Assembly: GCA_951406725.2 (NCBI GenBank)
Contig: OX597817.1
Span: 37,882,001 to 37,946,000 of the forward strand
Length of the DNA stretch: 64,000 nt
Reading direction: 5' to 3'
DNA from: Octopus vulgaris
Lineage: Eukaryota
Shown: one piece after another, positions 1 through 13,496 of the stretch
Layout of the letters: the number at the start of each line of letters is the position of its first letter
Numbering within the stretch: position 1 is the stretch's first letter
Program-made: the position numbers and the translations under genes
Notes under the pieces: model-generated
The model's database searches: none
Told to the model about the DNA's origin: nothing
Seen by the model: the letters and a program-made list of their open reading frames with translations, nothing else

Positions 1-154
1 TCAAACAATGAGCAACTCAATGGCCATACATTCACAGAGGATTGTAAACAAAGGTCACTATTTCTCTGATGGTGACCCGTTTACAATTAATGTGCACATG
101 TCAAAAGAAGAGAAAAACCAAATTTCATTCAAAAAAGGTCAACCTGCAGTTATA
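1..154 (+). CDS. Candidate coding exon of an unidentified gene (5' end may lie outside the window, or ATG at 8)
   Basis: Non-repetitive sequence; frame open from position 2 (QTMSNSMAIHSQRIVNKGHYFSDGDPFTINVHMSKEEKNQISFKKGQPAVI), ending at donor-like ATA|GTAAGA (155), phase 0. No protein family recognised. Confidence 0.35.
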
Positions 155-192
155 GTAAGACACCAGCCAACCTTCTCTACACAGAACAAACC

Positions 193-812
193 TTAACCCT
201 TTTGATATCAACCTACCTGACACTACCCTTGGTTCTATAACGCAAACTTCCTGGTTTAAAGTGATCTAAATTAAAAATCTTCCATCAAAATTTTATCTTA
301 AATCCTTAAAAATGTTTCAGCTCGAAAGCTGTGGCCATGCTGGGGCACCACCATTGAATGTGCTCTACTAGTATGTGAAACCACCTCTGATATGTGGCAC
401 TTGGTAAACAAGGGAGTTGAACACCACTGCCCGCATCTGTGTTTCCTGCCGAGAGGTAGGTTCAACTGGAACACCTGACAAGAAGAGCTCCAGTTTAGTT
501 TTAAAGAAACCCACATCCACACCATGCAGGTCTCTCAGGCATTTAGGAAGGATATTGAAGAGCTGTGGTCCCCTGAAACCCAAGCTGTTGCAGTATCTGG
601 TCCTGTATTTTGATGGTGATGTTGGGATCTTTGGCACCATGCAGTGGTGCCCCGTTCTGCTGTTGGGATAACTTTCAATGCCAAGATGTTAATTTATGAT
701 CCATACGCCAACTTAATTATGACTATTATTTTATTAATTTTTTTTTGTTATTTTCGAAATTAATTGAAACAGAAGCAGTGTATTTCAACAGGTATGATAA
801 TAAAAGGGTTAA
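193..812. mobile_element. TTAA-flanked piggyBac-like MITE (family T1), interrupted by a CR1-type LINE fragment
   Basis: TTAA-CCCTTT...AAAGGG-TTAA termini; body matches the 13268 and 45282 copies; a partial tandem duplication follows (about 813-948). Confidence 0.7.
298..688 (-). mobile_element. 3' end of a CR1-group LINE (ORF2 C-terminus plus tail)
   Basis: ORF 368..640(-) RGPQLFNILPKCLRDLHGVDVGFFKTKLELFLSGVP matches the CR1-group C-terminal pattern (xNxLP...FKxxLD); followed by the tail GGTGGTGCCCCAGCATGGCCACAG...CTGAAAC. Confidence 0.8.
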
Positions 813-1937
813 AGTGATCTAGAAACATTAATTTATGATCCATACACCAGCTTAATAATGGCAGCTGTTTTACTAAATTATCATTTTCAAAATTAATTGA
901 AACGAATCAATGTATATTTCATCAGAAATATGGTAATGGAAGGCTTGAACCACATGGTTCCAAAGCTAACTTGTTAATCACACAGCCATACCTGCATCTA
1001 TTATTAAATGCTTATTTGTACATATGTGTGGGTGTGTCTCTGTGTGTGTGTATACTGTGTGAACTCGAAATTATTGAAGTATTAGATCAATCATCAGGTT
1101 AGAGAGATTATTTGCCTCTGCCTAATGTTTGCTTTCTTTCTCTTTTCTCCTTCACCTAATGAACTTTTTGACAGTCCCACCACCACCACCACCACCAACA
1201 TTACCATCACCACCTTACACCTATTAACTCTACAGCTCATCTTTACCACTATCTTGTCTCCCATCACTTCACTTCTCATTTCATCTTCTATCCTACCCTT
1301 CCTTTCTTACCTATATTTATTCTATCAACCATTCCATCTTCATCCTCCACTACCTAGCAATATTCTTGTTTATTAATTCATTTTCCCCTAGAAATTTTTT
1401 ATTTTTTTGCTGTTTTGTTGTATTTTTCTTACTTATGACCTTTCTTTCTCCTTTTGTGTGAGTGTAAGCATATTTTATCTATACACCCCAATATATATAT
1501 ATATATATATATATGTAATAAATTAATAGATAAATAAAACATATGCATATATACATACATATATGTACGTACTTACCTCTACATGTATATATACATGTAT
1601 ATATGGGTACAGGACACCAAAAAAAACGTCGAACACAATGGGAAACGAGAACATAAACACAAAACCAAGGAAATGGACATTTTTCTTAATATTATACACA
1701 CAGATATAGATAGATACACATGTATTTTTATAAACACACCTATGCATGTACAAATACATTGAGGGTGTTGAGATTACTCTCTGTTGTTATTCCAAGTTTC
1801 ACAATTATTCTCTGGTGAATGAAGAATCAGAAAACTGACTTGTGACTGTACTCTTCTTTGGTATTGAGTACTTTTCCTTTTGTTTGTATTTTCAATCACA
1901 CACCACCACATACACCGTGGAGTGTGTGTGTGTGTGT

Positions 1938-2155
1938 GTGGAGGCCAATGGCCCAGTGGTTAGGGCAGTGGACTCGTCGTCGTAGGATCGCGGTTTTGAT
2001 TCTCAGACCAGGCGTTATATGTGTTTATTGAGCGAAAACACCCAAATCTCCCCGAGGCTCCAGCAGGGGAGGGGGGGGCGAACACTGCTGTACTTGTTCA
2101 CCACAACTTTCTCCCACTCTTTCTTCCTGTTTCTCTTGTAACCGACAGTCCCATG
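1938..2155 (+). mobile_element. tRNA-derived SINE (family D)
   Basis: A-box-like TGGCCCAGTGG and degenerate B-box GGTTTTGATTCTC; homologous to the copy at 52817. Confidence 0.7.
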
Positions 2156-2630
2156 ATATATATGTGTATGTATGTATGTATGTATATATGTATATTATAT
2201 GTAGAAAAATACAAACTGGGACAAGAACGTAAAACATTTAGAAGACGATACAAAAAACACGGACCGGACATTCAAAGCCTTCAAATCTTCAGTCAAGAAC
2301 CGGATCATCCTAGCAATTTCGGCTAATTAATCTTGAGATCGCTCCGATCCGGCCAGCCCCAAGGAAAAACTAAGCTACGAGCATTAGATTTCTTGGAAAA
2401 AGGATCAAATGTATACGAAACAGGGACAGAAAAATGGACGATGCCACACGAATATAAAATACAAAAACAATAATGGTAAAAACAGGACAAAAACAGCGGG
2501 TGTCTTACGACTAATAGACAGTACAACTTAGTTTAGCTGGCGTATTTGGAAAAAATGCCTTTTTCGGCATACCAAGTGTAGAAATTGAGATGTAAAAAAC
2601 GTCCAAGGACTGCAAATTATATTCAGATAC

Positions 2631-2828
2631 ATAAATAAGAGGAAAGACCACTAAGTGGATTCCTTGTATGGTGAAGATAGACACCAAATTGTCCTCCACG
2701 AAAAATGTGTTTTCAAAATTAGTAGCACTAGATGTTTGCGAGCAAGAGAAATGAAAGGAAAATGAAAATAGCAGTTAATTCCATACCGTCCATAAAGAAT
2801 CCACTTAGTGGTCTTTCCTTTTATTTAT
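2631..2828. repeat. About 200-bp fold-back unit with 32-bp inverted repeats
   Basis: ATAAATAAGAGGAAAGACCACTAAGTGGATTC (2631-2662) versus GAATCCACTTAGTGGTCTTTCCTTTTATTTAT (2797-2828), one mismatch. Confidence 0.75.
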
Positions 2829-3010
2829 ATATTTGTGTATATATATATATGTATGTGTATATATGTATGTGTATATATATATGTATATATATATGTATAT
2901 GTATGTATGTATGTATATATGTATGTGTATGTATATATATGTATGTATATATATGTATATGTATATATATATATGTGAATATATGTGTATATATATATAT
3001 ATATGTATAT
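2826..3010. repeat. Compound (TA)/(TATG) microsatellite
   Basis: Directly visible; similar tracts at 3500-3830, 33967-34041 and 50400-50600. Confidence 0.95.
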
Positions 3011-3588
3011 TCATTACAATCTTGATTCTTTTACTGTTCCTTACTTCTCTTTCTCTTCTCTCCTTCATCATCTCCACTTATTTCCTTTCTCTTTCCAATA
3101 TTTCCAATATATTTTTTCTCTCTCTCTCTCTCCTCTTTCGTCTCTCCTCTGCTCCTTCCTTGCAACACACACACACACATGCATTAGTAAACCACTTAAC
3201 TGTTGTACTAAAGTAGTTGGCAACTTGTGTCTCCTGGATCTCCAGCAGACTTGTGTCGTTTCAGTTTTTGTGAATTTAAGTTTAGTGCCAAGCCAGCAGC
3301 CTGCCATTCCAAGTCAGTGCAAGTCAGACCCCATGAAGAAATTTGATTCTCCATTACCATGTTCTCCACTGGAATTGCCGGTGTATAACTGCAGGTCGTT
3401 AAATTAGATCTTTTCAATTAATTTTATTATTTCCCTAGCTTTTTGTGTGTGTGTGTGTGTGTGCCTGCAGATGTTTATAAATACCTACAATTTTATATAA
3501 TGCATTTTTGTGTGTATATATATATATACATCTTTACATGTGTGTGTATTTGTATATGTGGTAAGTGTGTATTTGTACCTGGATATAT

Positions 3589-3625
<37 letters not shown>

Positions 3626-3726
3626 GAGAGAGAGAGAGAGCTACATGTATAATGTATATTTGTATATGTAACTTTATTGTTTAGGTATTTACATGCACTG
3701 TATGTGTGTATATATATGTGTGTGTA

Positions 3727-3782
<56 letters not shown>

Positions 3783-4512
3783 TATATATATATGTGTGTG
3801 TATGTATGTATGTATGTATGTATGTATGTATGAATCAAGCGATATATTTGTTACACATTTAAGAACAAAATAACAAAACGAAACCAGTGAAATGGATTCA
3901 CCTATGTAAATTGAAATATATTTCTCTAGAAACAAGTTTCATTCGTGTCACTGGTCTCACAATTTTTCTCTTATTATCTGTTTACAAATTGTTGTTTGCT
4001 TTTATTTGTCAACATTTCATATTAATTATATTTGAAATTTCAATTATTAATTTACAAGTAATTCTCAGTTGTGTCTGGTTGTTTTCATATAAATTTATAT
4101 GTGTGTATGAAGGTACATAGAATTGTTGTTATGGTGTTTGACTTGTGATCATAATGACATGGGCTAAATTCCTGAAAAGTATCGCAAATTGTGTCCTTGA
4201 GCAAGACACTTCATTTCATGTAGTTTAAGTCTACTCAGCCATAATGAAAACTAGCTGGATGCTGATGCAGCTTTTCCTCTCTGCTGCTGAGTGTTCAGGT
4301 GTGCCAAGGTGTCAAATAGTCAATTTAGTATCTATGTCTGCTTGCAACTACACAAGTACTTATAACAATGATGGCTGGTTGGCTGGTGACTGGTTGATAT
4401 GTCTGTACGTGTGTATATATGTGTGTTTGTACATGCATACACGTATGTATGCTCGTGTGAGTTTGCATGTGTGCACATGTTTATATATGCATATAAATGT
4501 CACCCACACACC

Positions 4513-4552
<40 letters not shown>

Positions 4553-5639
4553 GTCTTACACACACACACACATACATAATTGTCTCACACACATATACAT
4601 TATTGTCACACACACACTCATGAAGCTTTTTATAGTAGAAGACACTTGCCTAAGGTGGCATACAGTGGGATTGAACCTGAGACCACATGACCAGTAAGCA
4701 AGCTTCTTAAACACATAGCTATGCCCACACCTATTCTAGGCATCACAGGCATTGATATATATGTACAGGTTAACTAGCATAGAAATACTTGGGTTGGTGT
4801 TTAAGGATGCAGTAAGCTCACTGGGAGTGAAAGACCCCTGGTTTTTGTTAAGGCATCCTTCTAAGAGAAAACTAACTCATATAAAACCCGCTGCTCTACT
4901 GAACCGGATATCTCACACTTTGCTTGATTCTGGGCTTCTTGGTATTACTGGTGAGAGTTGTGGTTTTGTGCAAACCACACTCAGCTTAAAGCACTTGCAC
5001 AACCATTGCTGACACACTGTCAGCAGTGGCCATGCTTGTCTAAAAAGTAGTTACTCATCATGTATGTAGAAAGCAATACAGTAAAGACACTGAGTGAAGT
5101 TACTTGAAATTTTTGTGCTTGGCATTTGTTGAAGTCCTTTACTGCTTCATATCAGAGACAGGCTGAAAAATATATTTCATGAAAAAAAAAAAACGTCTCA
5201 TATCTTCATACATAAGGAGACATAGGACCTAAGTGAGTACCAGGCTTGAACTCTCATGTAGCCTGTTCGATATCTAAGCATTTCACTCAATCCATTATCT
5301 CCAGGACAGTGGTTCTCTAGAATCCCTTCTTACCCAAATTTTTGTCACACCAACCTTTTAGATGTTTAATCTGACCATCATCCACATGACTCTTTCCTGT
5401 CTGGGAGGCCCTTAAAAACTCATGCATGTTGCCCTTCCTTCATTTAATCTTTTATTGTTTTACTGATTTGTGTTGTTGGCATGCAGCTGTATTGAGGCAG
5501 CTTTGTGAAGGGTTTAGTTGGTCGTATCAGCCCCAGCTGGTATTTCAAACTGGTAGTTGACTTAACTCTATCTATTTGTCAAAATGTTAATAGCATTGGT
5601 TTTTAAACTGGTATAGACATAAACATGCACATATATGTG

Positions 5640-5769
5640 TGTACACAAACACACTACATGCACACAAACCCATCACATACACAGAAACCCACCACACGCG
5701 CACAAACCCAAAACACGTGCACAAACCTGTCACATGCACACAAAACACACCACGCACACACAAAACACC
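5640..5769. repeat. Degenerate 18-19-bp tandem repeat derived from (CA)n
   Basis: About 7 units resembling CACACAAACCCACCACATG. Confidence 0.6.
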
Positions 5770-6748
5770 TTGGGTAAAAGTTTTCTATCATATATTCAAG
5801 TTGACTCGAGCTTTATTAGTGAAATTTTGTTGACAGAAATTCTTCAGAAGCCCTCTCAGTGGTAGATTTAATCTGTTTAGCATCACCTTCTAACCACTGG
5901 GTATCCTTAATTGTATCCACTTGGTTGTAAGCATTTAGATTAGGTCTCTGGTTTGAGAATATTCCAGGAATTGTGGTTTATTCCTGATTTTCTCATCAGC
6001 CTGAGACACTTCAGGTCATTAGTTCTCCCTCTCTTCCCCGCCTCTCCCCCCTCTCTCTCCTCCTCTGGTTAAATCATAGAATAAGTAATATGAAAGGACT
6101 CTGCCACAACTGATCGCATGGATGTCTGGCATAACTGAAATATTGAAGAAATTTCAGTATTTGAATTTGTTGATATAGACTGATTTATATATTATTGCTT
6201 TGTTTCATTTATACCAGATTTGGGCATCACATATCTGAAATAGTTGTCAAATGTCACTGCACATTTTGATTGAAAAGAAAAAAAAAATAATAGTGGAGGA
6301 TATGTGATGTGTTGTGTCTGTGTGGTGACCTCACCAAAGCTGGTGCTGCAAATAAAGAACCCAGTACTCTCTGTAAATTGGTTGGTGTTAGGGAGGAGAT
6401 CCAACTATAGAAACTATGTCAAAGCTGATATTGGAACACAGCACAGTCCTCTGGCTTGTAGGATCCTATTGAACTATCCAACCCATGCCAGTATGGAATA
6501 CAAATGTTAGATAATGATAATGATGTTAGAAAGACAGAGCAGTCATGGCTGGAATGTCTTTAATCAGTATCCTGCTTAGCTAAGGCTTCCCTAAAGCTAA
6601 GTAATGACTTAATGTAGATTCCATAAGCAGCTGCAAACATGAGATGTGCATATCTCTCACCTTATATGTATAATACAAGTGTTACAAGATTGTTCTAGAG
6701 AGACATCTTTCACTGGCAGGATTCTGTTCCAATATCCACAACTAATCT

Positions 6749-6976
6749 TATTTCTTTATTGCCCACAAGGGGCTAAACATAGAGGGGACAAACAAGGACA
6801 GACAAAGGGATTAAGTCGATTACATTGACCCCCAGTGCATAACTGGTACTTAATTTATCGACCCCGAAAGGATGAAAGGCAAAGTCGACCTCGGTAGAAT
6901 TTGAACTCAGAACATAATGGCAGACGAAATACCACTAAGCATTTCGCCCGGCGTACTAACGTTTCTACTAGCTCAC
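6749..6976 (-). mobile_element. Nin/Deu-domain-like tRNA SINE (family B) with 16-bp TSD
   Basis: TSD TATCCACAACTAATCT at 6733-6748 and 6977-6992; minus strand carries B-box GAGTTCAAATTC and GCCTTTCATCCTTTCGGGGTCGATAAATTAAGTACCAG, which resembles the Nin domain as recalled. Confidence 0.8.
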
Positions 6977-7849
6977 TATCCACAACTAATCTGTCACAGT
7001 CTCAAACATTATACCACTTCCACACCAATACCTTCCCAATCAAATTATTCTTGCTCTTTGACCTTTTGTTTCTATATTTCTGTTGAAATATTTTTTTTTA
7101 TTTTTGTTTCAGTTAATAACTTTATTCATTGTTTAACTGGTGTTTAGAATATAATTAGATGGTATTTTGATGGAAGATTTCAATTTAGTCCACTTTAAAA
7201 TGGGGAATTTGTGCTAGGGGCAGTTTGGGGTGGTTTGGTATCAAACGAGTTGACCCATCCATTGTGCTTTTCTACTTTATTTTTCATTCCTCCCTCTGTT
7301 GTTGCTGCTTGCCTCTAGGTCAGCCTTCATTGGACCTACCTTCAATGCAAGGTATTCTCGCCATGATCACCCTGTCTTTTATTCATAGTCAATTATATTT
7401 ATCCCTGTACTTGACCCATACTTTATTTTATTGACCTTGGGAGAATGAAAAACAAAGCTGACTTTGAGATTTGAACACAAAACCTAAAGAGTTGAAAAAA
7501 TTACTTTGTCACATTTTTTCCAAAGCTCTAATGATTCAGTTCATCCATCAACCTTATAATAATAATAATAATCAATGCTTTATTGTTAATTACTCAGTGC
7601 TGTCGTATGTTGAACAAGTTTATTGTACATTATGTTACTGCTCATCATAATCCCTTTGTCGTCTTCTGTATGAGAGCCATCCTGAGATCCAACCATATTT
7701 CTTCTTTATATATTTCCTTGGTCTTCATATGTTAGCAATGGAAGACTACTTGTAAGAAAGAAAGTTCTAAAAAAGACATAAGGATTCCTAACTTTGGTAA
7801 GCTGTCACGAATTTAGTGGTTGTGTTGATGGGGCAGTACACTCAATTAA

Positions 7850-8116
7850 AACAATCCTGTACCTGTGCCGGTGGCACGTAAAAAGCACCATCCGAACATG
7901 GCCGATGCCAGCGCCGCCTTGACTTGCTTCTGTGCTGGTGGCATGTAAAAAGCACCCACTACACTCACGGAGTGGTTGGCATTAGGAAGGGCATCCAGTA
8001 GTAGAAACACTGCCAGATCAGACTGGAGCCTGGTGCAGCCTCCTGGCTTCCCAGACTCCAGCTGAACCGTCCAACCCATGCTAGCACGGAAAACGGATGT
8101 TAAACGATGATGATGA
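7850..8116 (+). mobile_element. 5'-truncated RTE-type LINE 3' UTR (2 array units)
   Basis: Terminal GAGTGGTTGGCATTAGGAAGGGCATCCAG...CATGCTAGCA..GTTAAAC(GAT)n shared with the ORF-linked copy at 58958-59795. Confidence 0.8.
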
Positions 8117-8216
8117 GGATTTTATTAATCCTTCCAGGATGAGAGGCAAAAATCAACTTCAGTAGGATTTGAACTCAAAATTTTAAAGAGATATGTCTTC
8201 AGGCTTCTGTCTGGAT

Positions 8217-8832
8217 ATAGCTTTATGTTAACTTGCAGTTCTTAGCTTAGTTTCCATTGTAGATAGTTCTTTACGATTAAACAGTAGGTCTTAGCTTAAA
8301 TTCTGGAGCTTTGTTGAGTTACCCTTCTTAGCTTACATTTTATCATGGATATGCGAGCTCAGCACCAGCATTCTGCTGTGATTTTTGTCAGAATTTTTCT
8401 CAGAATTGTACTAACACTATTTTCAATCTTAAAAAAACAATTTACAATCTCACATTATTGCTTGGATAATTAGAGAGATAATGGAATGATTTGATTCAAA
8501 CATGAAATAGTAATTCATTGATATAAGCTTGTTTGGTTAACTGCTTTTAGCTTAAGGTATATAATGAATATAACTTAGATTAACCAGCAGTTCTTAGATT
8601 GAAAAATTTAATTGATAACAGCTTTGTTAGGTTAACTAATAGTTCTTAGTTTGAAGTAGTACTGATGATAAATTCTATTATGTGTATAACTTTGTTAGGG
8701 TAACTGGCTGTAAATATTATCATAGTTAATTGGTTTGTTAAGTTAACTACCAATTCTGAGCTTAAATTCTATTATAGATCATAGTTGTTAGGTTAAATAT
8801 TAGTTCTAAGTTTAAATTTTATCATAAATATA
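8217..8832. repeat. Old degenerate minisatellite, period about 45-52 bp
   Basis: About 9 units resembling ATAGCTTTGTTAGGTTAACTAGCAGTTCTTAGCTTAAATTCTATTATAG, with a gap at about 8350-8520. Confidence 0.6.
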
Positions 8833-10113
8833 ATTACCTTTTGGATTTCTGATATTCTTTATTGTAGTCTCATCAGAATGTTAATTTTGGAGAAGTTTGG
8901 AATGTGTCAAAATTATTCAGGATTTCTAATTTTATTGATGCAAGATTTTTTTTAGATTTGACCATTATTGTCTGAATTTGAAATTACAAATGTTTTGATC
9001 AGTTTCTAATCTTCTCCCAAGACATATTAAAATTACAGATTTTGATCAAATTACACTGTTAGATTTTAGAAATTTTAGGTCATTTTTGTTAAATAAAATC
9101 TAGCCATTTTTTCTCGCCACAATGACCATTGCCTTGTGAGTGAATGTGGTTGACAGAGACTGTACAAAGTTCATTGTGTGTGTGTGTGTGTATCTTCGTT
9201 TAATGTCTGTTTTCCATGGGGGTGCACACTTTAACAAGAGCTGACAAGCCTGAAGACTATGCCAAGTTCCAATGTTTGCTTTGATATGGCACCTATGGCT
9301 GGATATCCTTCCTAATTCAACCATTTCATTGCGTGTATGTAGATGTTTACATTCTTTGATCTCAGGAAAGTTGCTGAATGCTAGACTGTGATGTTTGTAG
9401 TTTTCCTGTCTACAATCTGCCTAATAACTCTGTGCTTTCAAAGAGGCAGGATGGGCATCCAGCTGTAAAAGAGTGCTTCAACAGTATGTATTCACCAAAC
9501 CCATGTTAGAGTCATGGGATTTAGAAGTTTGTTTCACTATCAAATAGTTCCAGGTTCAAATCCGCTATGTGTCTTCTATAATAGCCATGGATTGACCAAT
9601 GTCATGTGAGTGAGCAAAAATTGTATACAAACCCATCATATCCATAAATACATACATCATGACAAATCAGAGCAGATAAGGGAGTGCTATGAGTTATGCA
9701 TGGCAGTGAAAAAAAACTAACAAACCAACTAGTTGTTTGATCAAATGGTCAAATCTGTTGCAATTAATTGGTTAGTTAATTAGTTGAGTAATAATGGTTT
9801 CAAATTTTGGTACAAGGCCAGCAATTTCAGAGGGTGGGGAGGTAAGTTGATTACATCAACCCCAGTACTTAACTGGTACTTAGTTTATAGACCCTGAAAG
9901 GATAAGTTGACCTTGGCAGAATTTGAACTCAGACCATGAAGACAAATAAAATGCGATTAAACATTTTGCCTGACGTGCTAATGATTCTGCCAGTTTGCCA
10001 CCTTAATTGGTTGAGTAATAATAACAAAAAGAAGCAATTTAGAACCAGTGTATGTATTTTTATTAGTAATATGACTGTCCCAAGATGCAGCAATAACACA
10101 CACACTGTGTGAT

Positions 10114-10142
<29 letters not shown>

Positions 10143-10158
<16 letters not shown>

Positions 10159-10540
10159 AAAGTTGTGTGGTGTCTGTCTCCTATGATTTAGATTCCTAAC
10201 TACTCCCACATTTTGTGGTGCAGTTTAACCAAAAGCAGGTATCTTATAGTCATGATTCATATCGAGCCCTTCTGGGTATTAGCGCGCGTCTACGATGAGT
10301 CTACAATTTAAAAAAAAAATTACCATCATTTTTTTCCATTTTTAATGCATTTTTTCTGATATTTATAAGGGAAGTAACTCTCTAAAAATGTCTACGATGA
10401 GTCTGATTTAAAAAAAAATTTACCATCATTTTTTCCATTTTTAATGCATTTTTGCTATTATATAAGGGAAGTAACTCTCTAAAAATGCTTATATAGTTAT
10501 TTCCCTTACAAACCCGAGCATTGCCGGGCGATACTGCTAG
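10143..10540 (+). mobile_element. Non-autonomous Helitron-like element (family H1)
   Basis: 3' hairpin CCCGAGCATTGCCGGG followed by CTAG|T at 10537-10540; TATATATAAAAG 5' end within (TA)n; internal tandem duplication of about 100 bp; second copy at 25487. Confidence 0.75.
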
Positions 10541-11631
10541 TATATATATATATATATTTATTTATTTAATTTGGGTATCTGCATTTCTGTCAAGTTGCAT
10601 CTCTTTAGATCAAAGGAAAAGTTAGCTATTTGATACATAAAGATGAATAAAATAAGTTCAAGACTGAAAATAAGTACTGGAATTGACATGAGAAACTAAA
10701 ATCCATTGAATGTGGTGCCCCAGTATGGCCACAGTCAATAACTGAAATCATCAAATAACATTACAGACAAGATCACTTGTTGAATTAATCCTAATCGTTA
10801 CAGTTCAATTTGCAAATGTAAAGTGTCATAATTATTTAAACATGCCTTTGTTATTATGTTTTAATCTTTCTTCTTGCTCTTTGAATTCCAGTAACTTGTG
10901 CAGTGGTTTTGTCCACTGGTTAACATCCTGGAAGATGTCTATCATCTTTGTGGTACAGTTATTCATCTTTTTTTTTTAAAAATTTCCACTTTTAATTTAT
11001 ATTCACTAATTTGAGTTTTTCTCTAGGATTCACTAGATTTGTTTATCTTGTTCACTGTTCACTGATTGTTGTAGATGTTATTATTTAGATATAATCCAGT
11101 GGTTCTCTGCCTTTTGTAGCTCAGTGAACTGAACTGCACTGAACTGCACTTCACGAATGCTTCCTTTTCATATTTTACAAAAAAAAAAAAAAAATACCCC
11201 TAAACCAGCTGATTACTTTAATCAAACAAGCTAATTTTGTGCAGTGGTTTATTGTCCTGCTTCTTAAATATTTGTGAGGACTAGTGCCTGCTATGTCAAA
11301 TTTTTATGGAAATTACAGAAAAGGGCAAGGACAGGGTTTATATAGTAAAATGATATTGGAGCTTGGTGCTTATCAGTAATGTTTCTGCTCACTCATAACA
11401 CTATCCTATTTGTATTTTAATTTCAGCGAATATTTTTTGAAAGATGTGTTAAAAATGCTAAGTATTGTACCTAGTTTAAATATAATGTATTTCTAAGTAA
11501 TTTCATGAAAATCATGACCCTTCTAAACTCTCTGCTTTCTGTAGTGCCCTCGTTGACATTTACTTCTTCTTCCTGATCTCTCATTGCTCCTCAAAGTGGG
11601 TACTACCATCCAAGTTAAGAACCTTTATAAT

Positions 11632-12225
11632 TTAACCCTTTCTACACCAAGCAGGTCAGAACTCTCTCTTTTAAAGTGTTCAAATTTAAATTGAAATGTT
11701 GCACAGTCTTAATTATTGTATTAAACACTTAATGTTTTATTCAGTCAAAAGTTAGTTGCAGTTCAACTTCTTGATATATTTTGAAGATTAAAGGAACAGA
11801 GGCTGTATGTATCCTTGCTGGTCTCTGTGCCGATGGCACATTAAAAACACCATTCGAGCGTGATCGTTACTTGTATTGCCTTACTAGCACTTGTGCTGGT
11901 GGCACGTGAAAAATCATTTGAGCGAGGTTGTTGCCAGTGCCGCTGGACTGGCTCCTGTGCAGGTGGCACATAAAAAGCACCATTTGAGTGTGGCCGTTGC
12001 CAGCACCGCCTGACTGGCTCTCACGCCGGTGGCATGTAAGAGCACCCACTACACTCTCGGAGTGGTTGGCGTTAGGAAGGGCATCCAGCTGTAGTAACTC
12101 TGCCAGAACAAGATTGGAGCCTGGTGCAGCCATCTGGTTCGCCAGTCCTCAGTCAAATCGTCCAATCTATGCTAGCATGGAAAGCGGACGTTAAACGATC
12201 ATGATGATGACTCCAAAAGGGTTAA
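11632..12225. mobile_element. TTAA MITE containing an inserted RTE 3' UTR (about 11812-12210, + strand, about 4 array units)
   Basis: TTAACCCTTT...AAAAGGGTTAA termini; RTE tail ending in (GAT)n just inside the right end. Confidence 0.65.
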
Positions 12226-12757
12226 ATCTTTAGCCGTGTCTAGATTTATGACATTGCTTCATTGGTTGCTGTTATTGAGCCCCTGGGGCTCAGCCCAGAA
12301 TTGAGCAGACTTAAAAGCATGACTGTTTTATTTTGTTTTGTTTTTTCATATATTAGTGATCACTGCATTATCCAATGTGTGTCAGTTAAGGAAAATTTGA
12401 CTGTCGTTAGCAACAAATTGAACAACCATGCCAGGGCTTCTTTGTTGCTTGGCTACAGGTCAGCCCTGGTCCTGTAGTCTTATGACCCAAAGCATTCAAA
12501 TCATGATCATGCCATTTTTTTTTTATATCAGAGGCCACTACATTGTGTAAGGTGTCCTTCTTTCAAGGCAGATTTAGCTGTTAATTCTAATCAGGTAAAG
12601 CTACAACATAGAGATTTCCTTGTTGAATCCTGTTCATTGATTGTTGTGGTTTGTAGGCAAGAGGCTGCTCTTTTATGGTAGAGAGACAGTGGTGGTAGTA
12701 GTAGTGGTGGTGGTGGCGGCAGTAGTACTGGTGGTAATTTCCTATCAACAGAGCGGC

Positions 12758-12826
12758 ATGAAGCCATCTGTGAAAACTGGGTCAGTGAGAGGCAGCGATG
12801 GTTATGCTGTGCTCAAGGATGACTAT
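12758..12826 (+). CDS. Weak candidate alternative first coding exon (MKPSVKTGSVRGSDGYAVLKDDY)
   Basis: Unique, GC-richer island; 23 codons from ATG to TAT|GTAAAT, phase 0. Other readings are possible. Confidence 0.2.
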
Positions 12827-13267
12827 GTAAATGAAATGGCTCTCCATAGGTGTCAAAAGTAGGTTACAATTGAAGTTCGTTAAGAACACAGTACATGCTC
12901 ACACACACATATGCACTTAATCACACTAAAACACCTTTTAGTTTAATGGAGTGTAGCCAATTTATTTTAGTTTCCTTTTTTATATATTCATCTGTTTTAT
13001 TCATCTAAATGCTTACACTTACCTACAAAGACTTAGGCAAATTTATCCCCCTCCCAATTACACATACACACACACATTCTTGTGCATGTACACGTACAGA
13101 TATGTATGGATGTTATGAATCTAATTGCACATTTCATGTGCATCAAACATTCACTAACATAACATAGAATTATTCATGTTGTTTGTCACATTTTTCATGT
13201 CAATTTGGATTTCTCTGATGGATTTATTTAGCAGAATTATCAGATAGGTTTCACTGAACCAAATTGT

Positions 13268-13496
13268 TTAACCCTTTTGTTACTGTATTTATTTTGAGAT
13301 GCTCTGTATTTCTTTCATTTGCTTAGAATATAACAAATAATTTAGTAAAATAACTTAGTTGTCATTCAGCTAGTGTTAGGAACATAAATTGTGACTAAGG
13401 TTTGGTGGGAGATTTTAATTCAAAACTTATGAAAACAAGACATTTGTAATACAGAGCCAGAGCCGGTTTCAGCCAGGTTGGTAACGAAAGGGTTAA
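13268..13496. mobile_element. Intact TTAA piggyBac-like MITE (family T1, about 225 bp)
   Basis: TTAACCCTTTTGTTAC ... GTAACGAAAGGGTTAA terminal inverted repeats. Confidence 0.85.

Noticed and set aside
2280-2345. Hammerhead motif on the minus strand (CTCAAGA...CCGAAATTGCTA)
   Set aside because: First box and stems II and III do not fit well enough to call.
2732-4697. YI/CV/HT-rich ORFs
   Set aside because: Translations of dinucleotide microsatellites; the same applies to 50350-50738 and similar ORFs.
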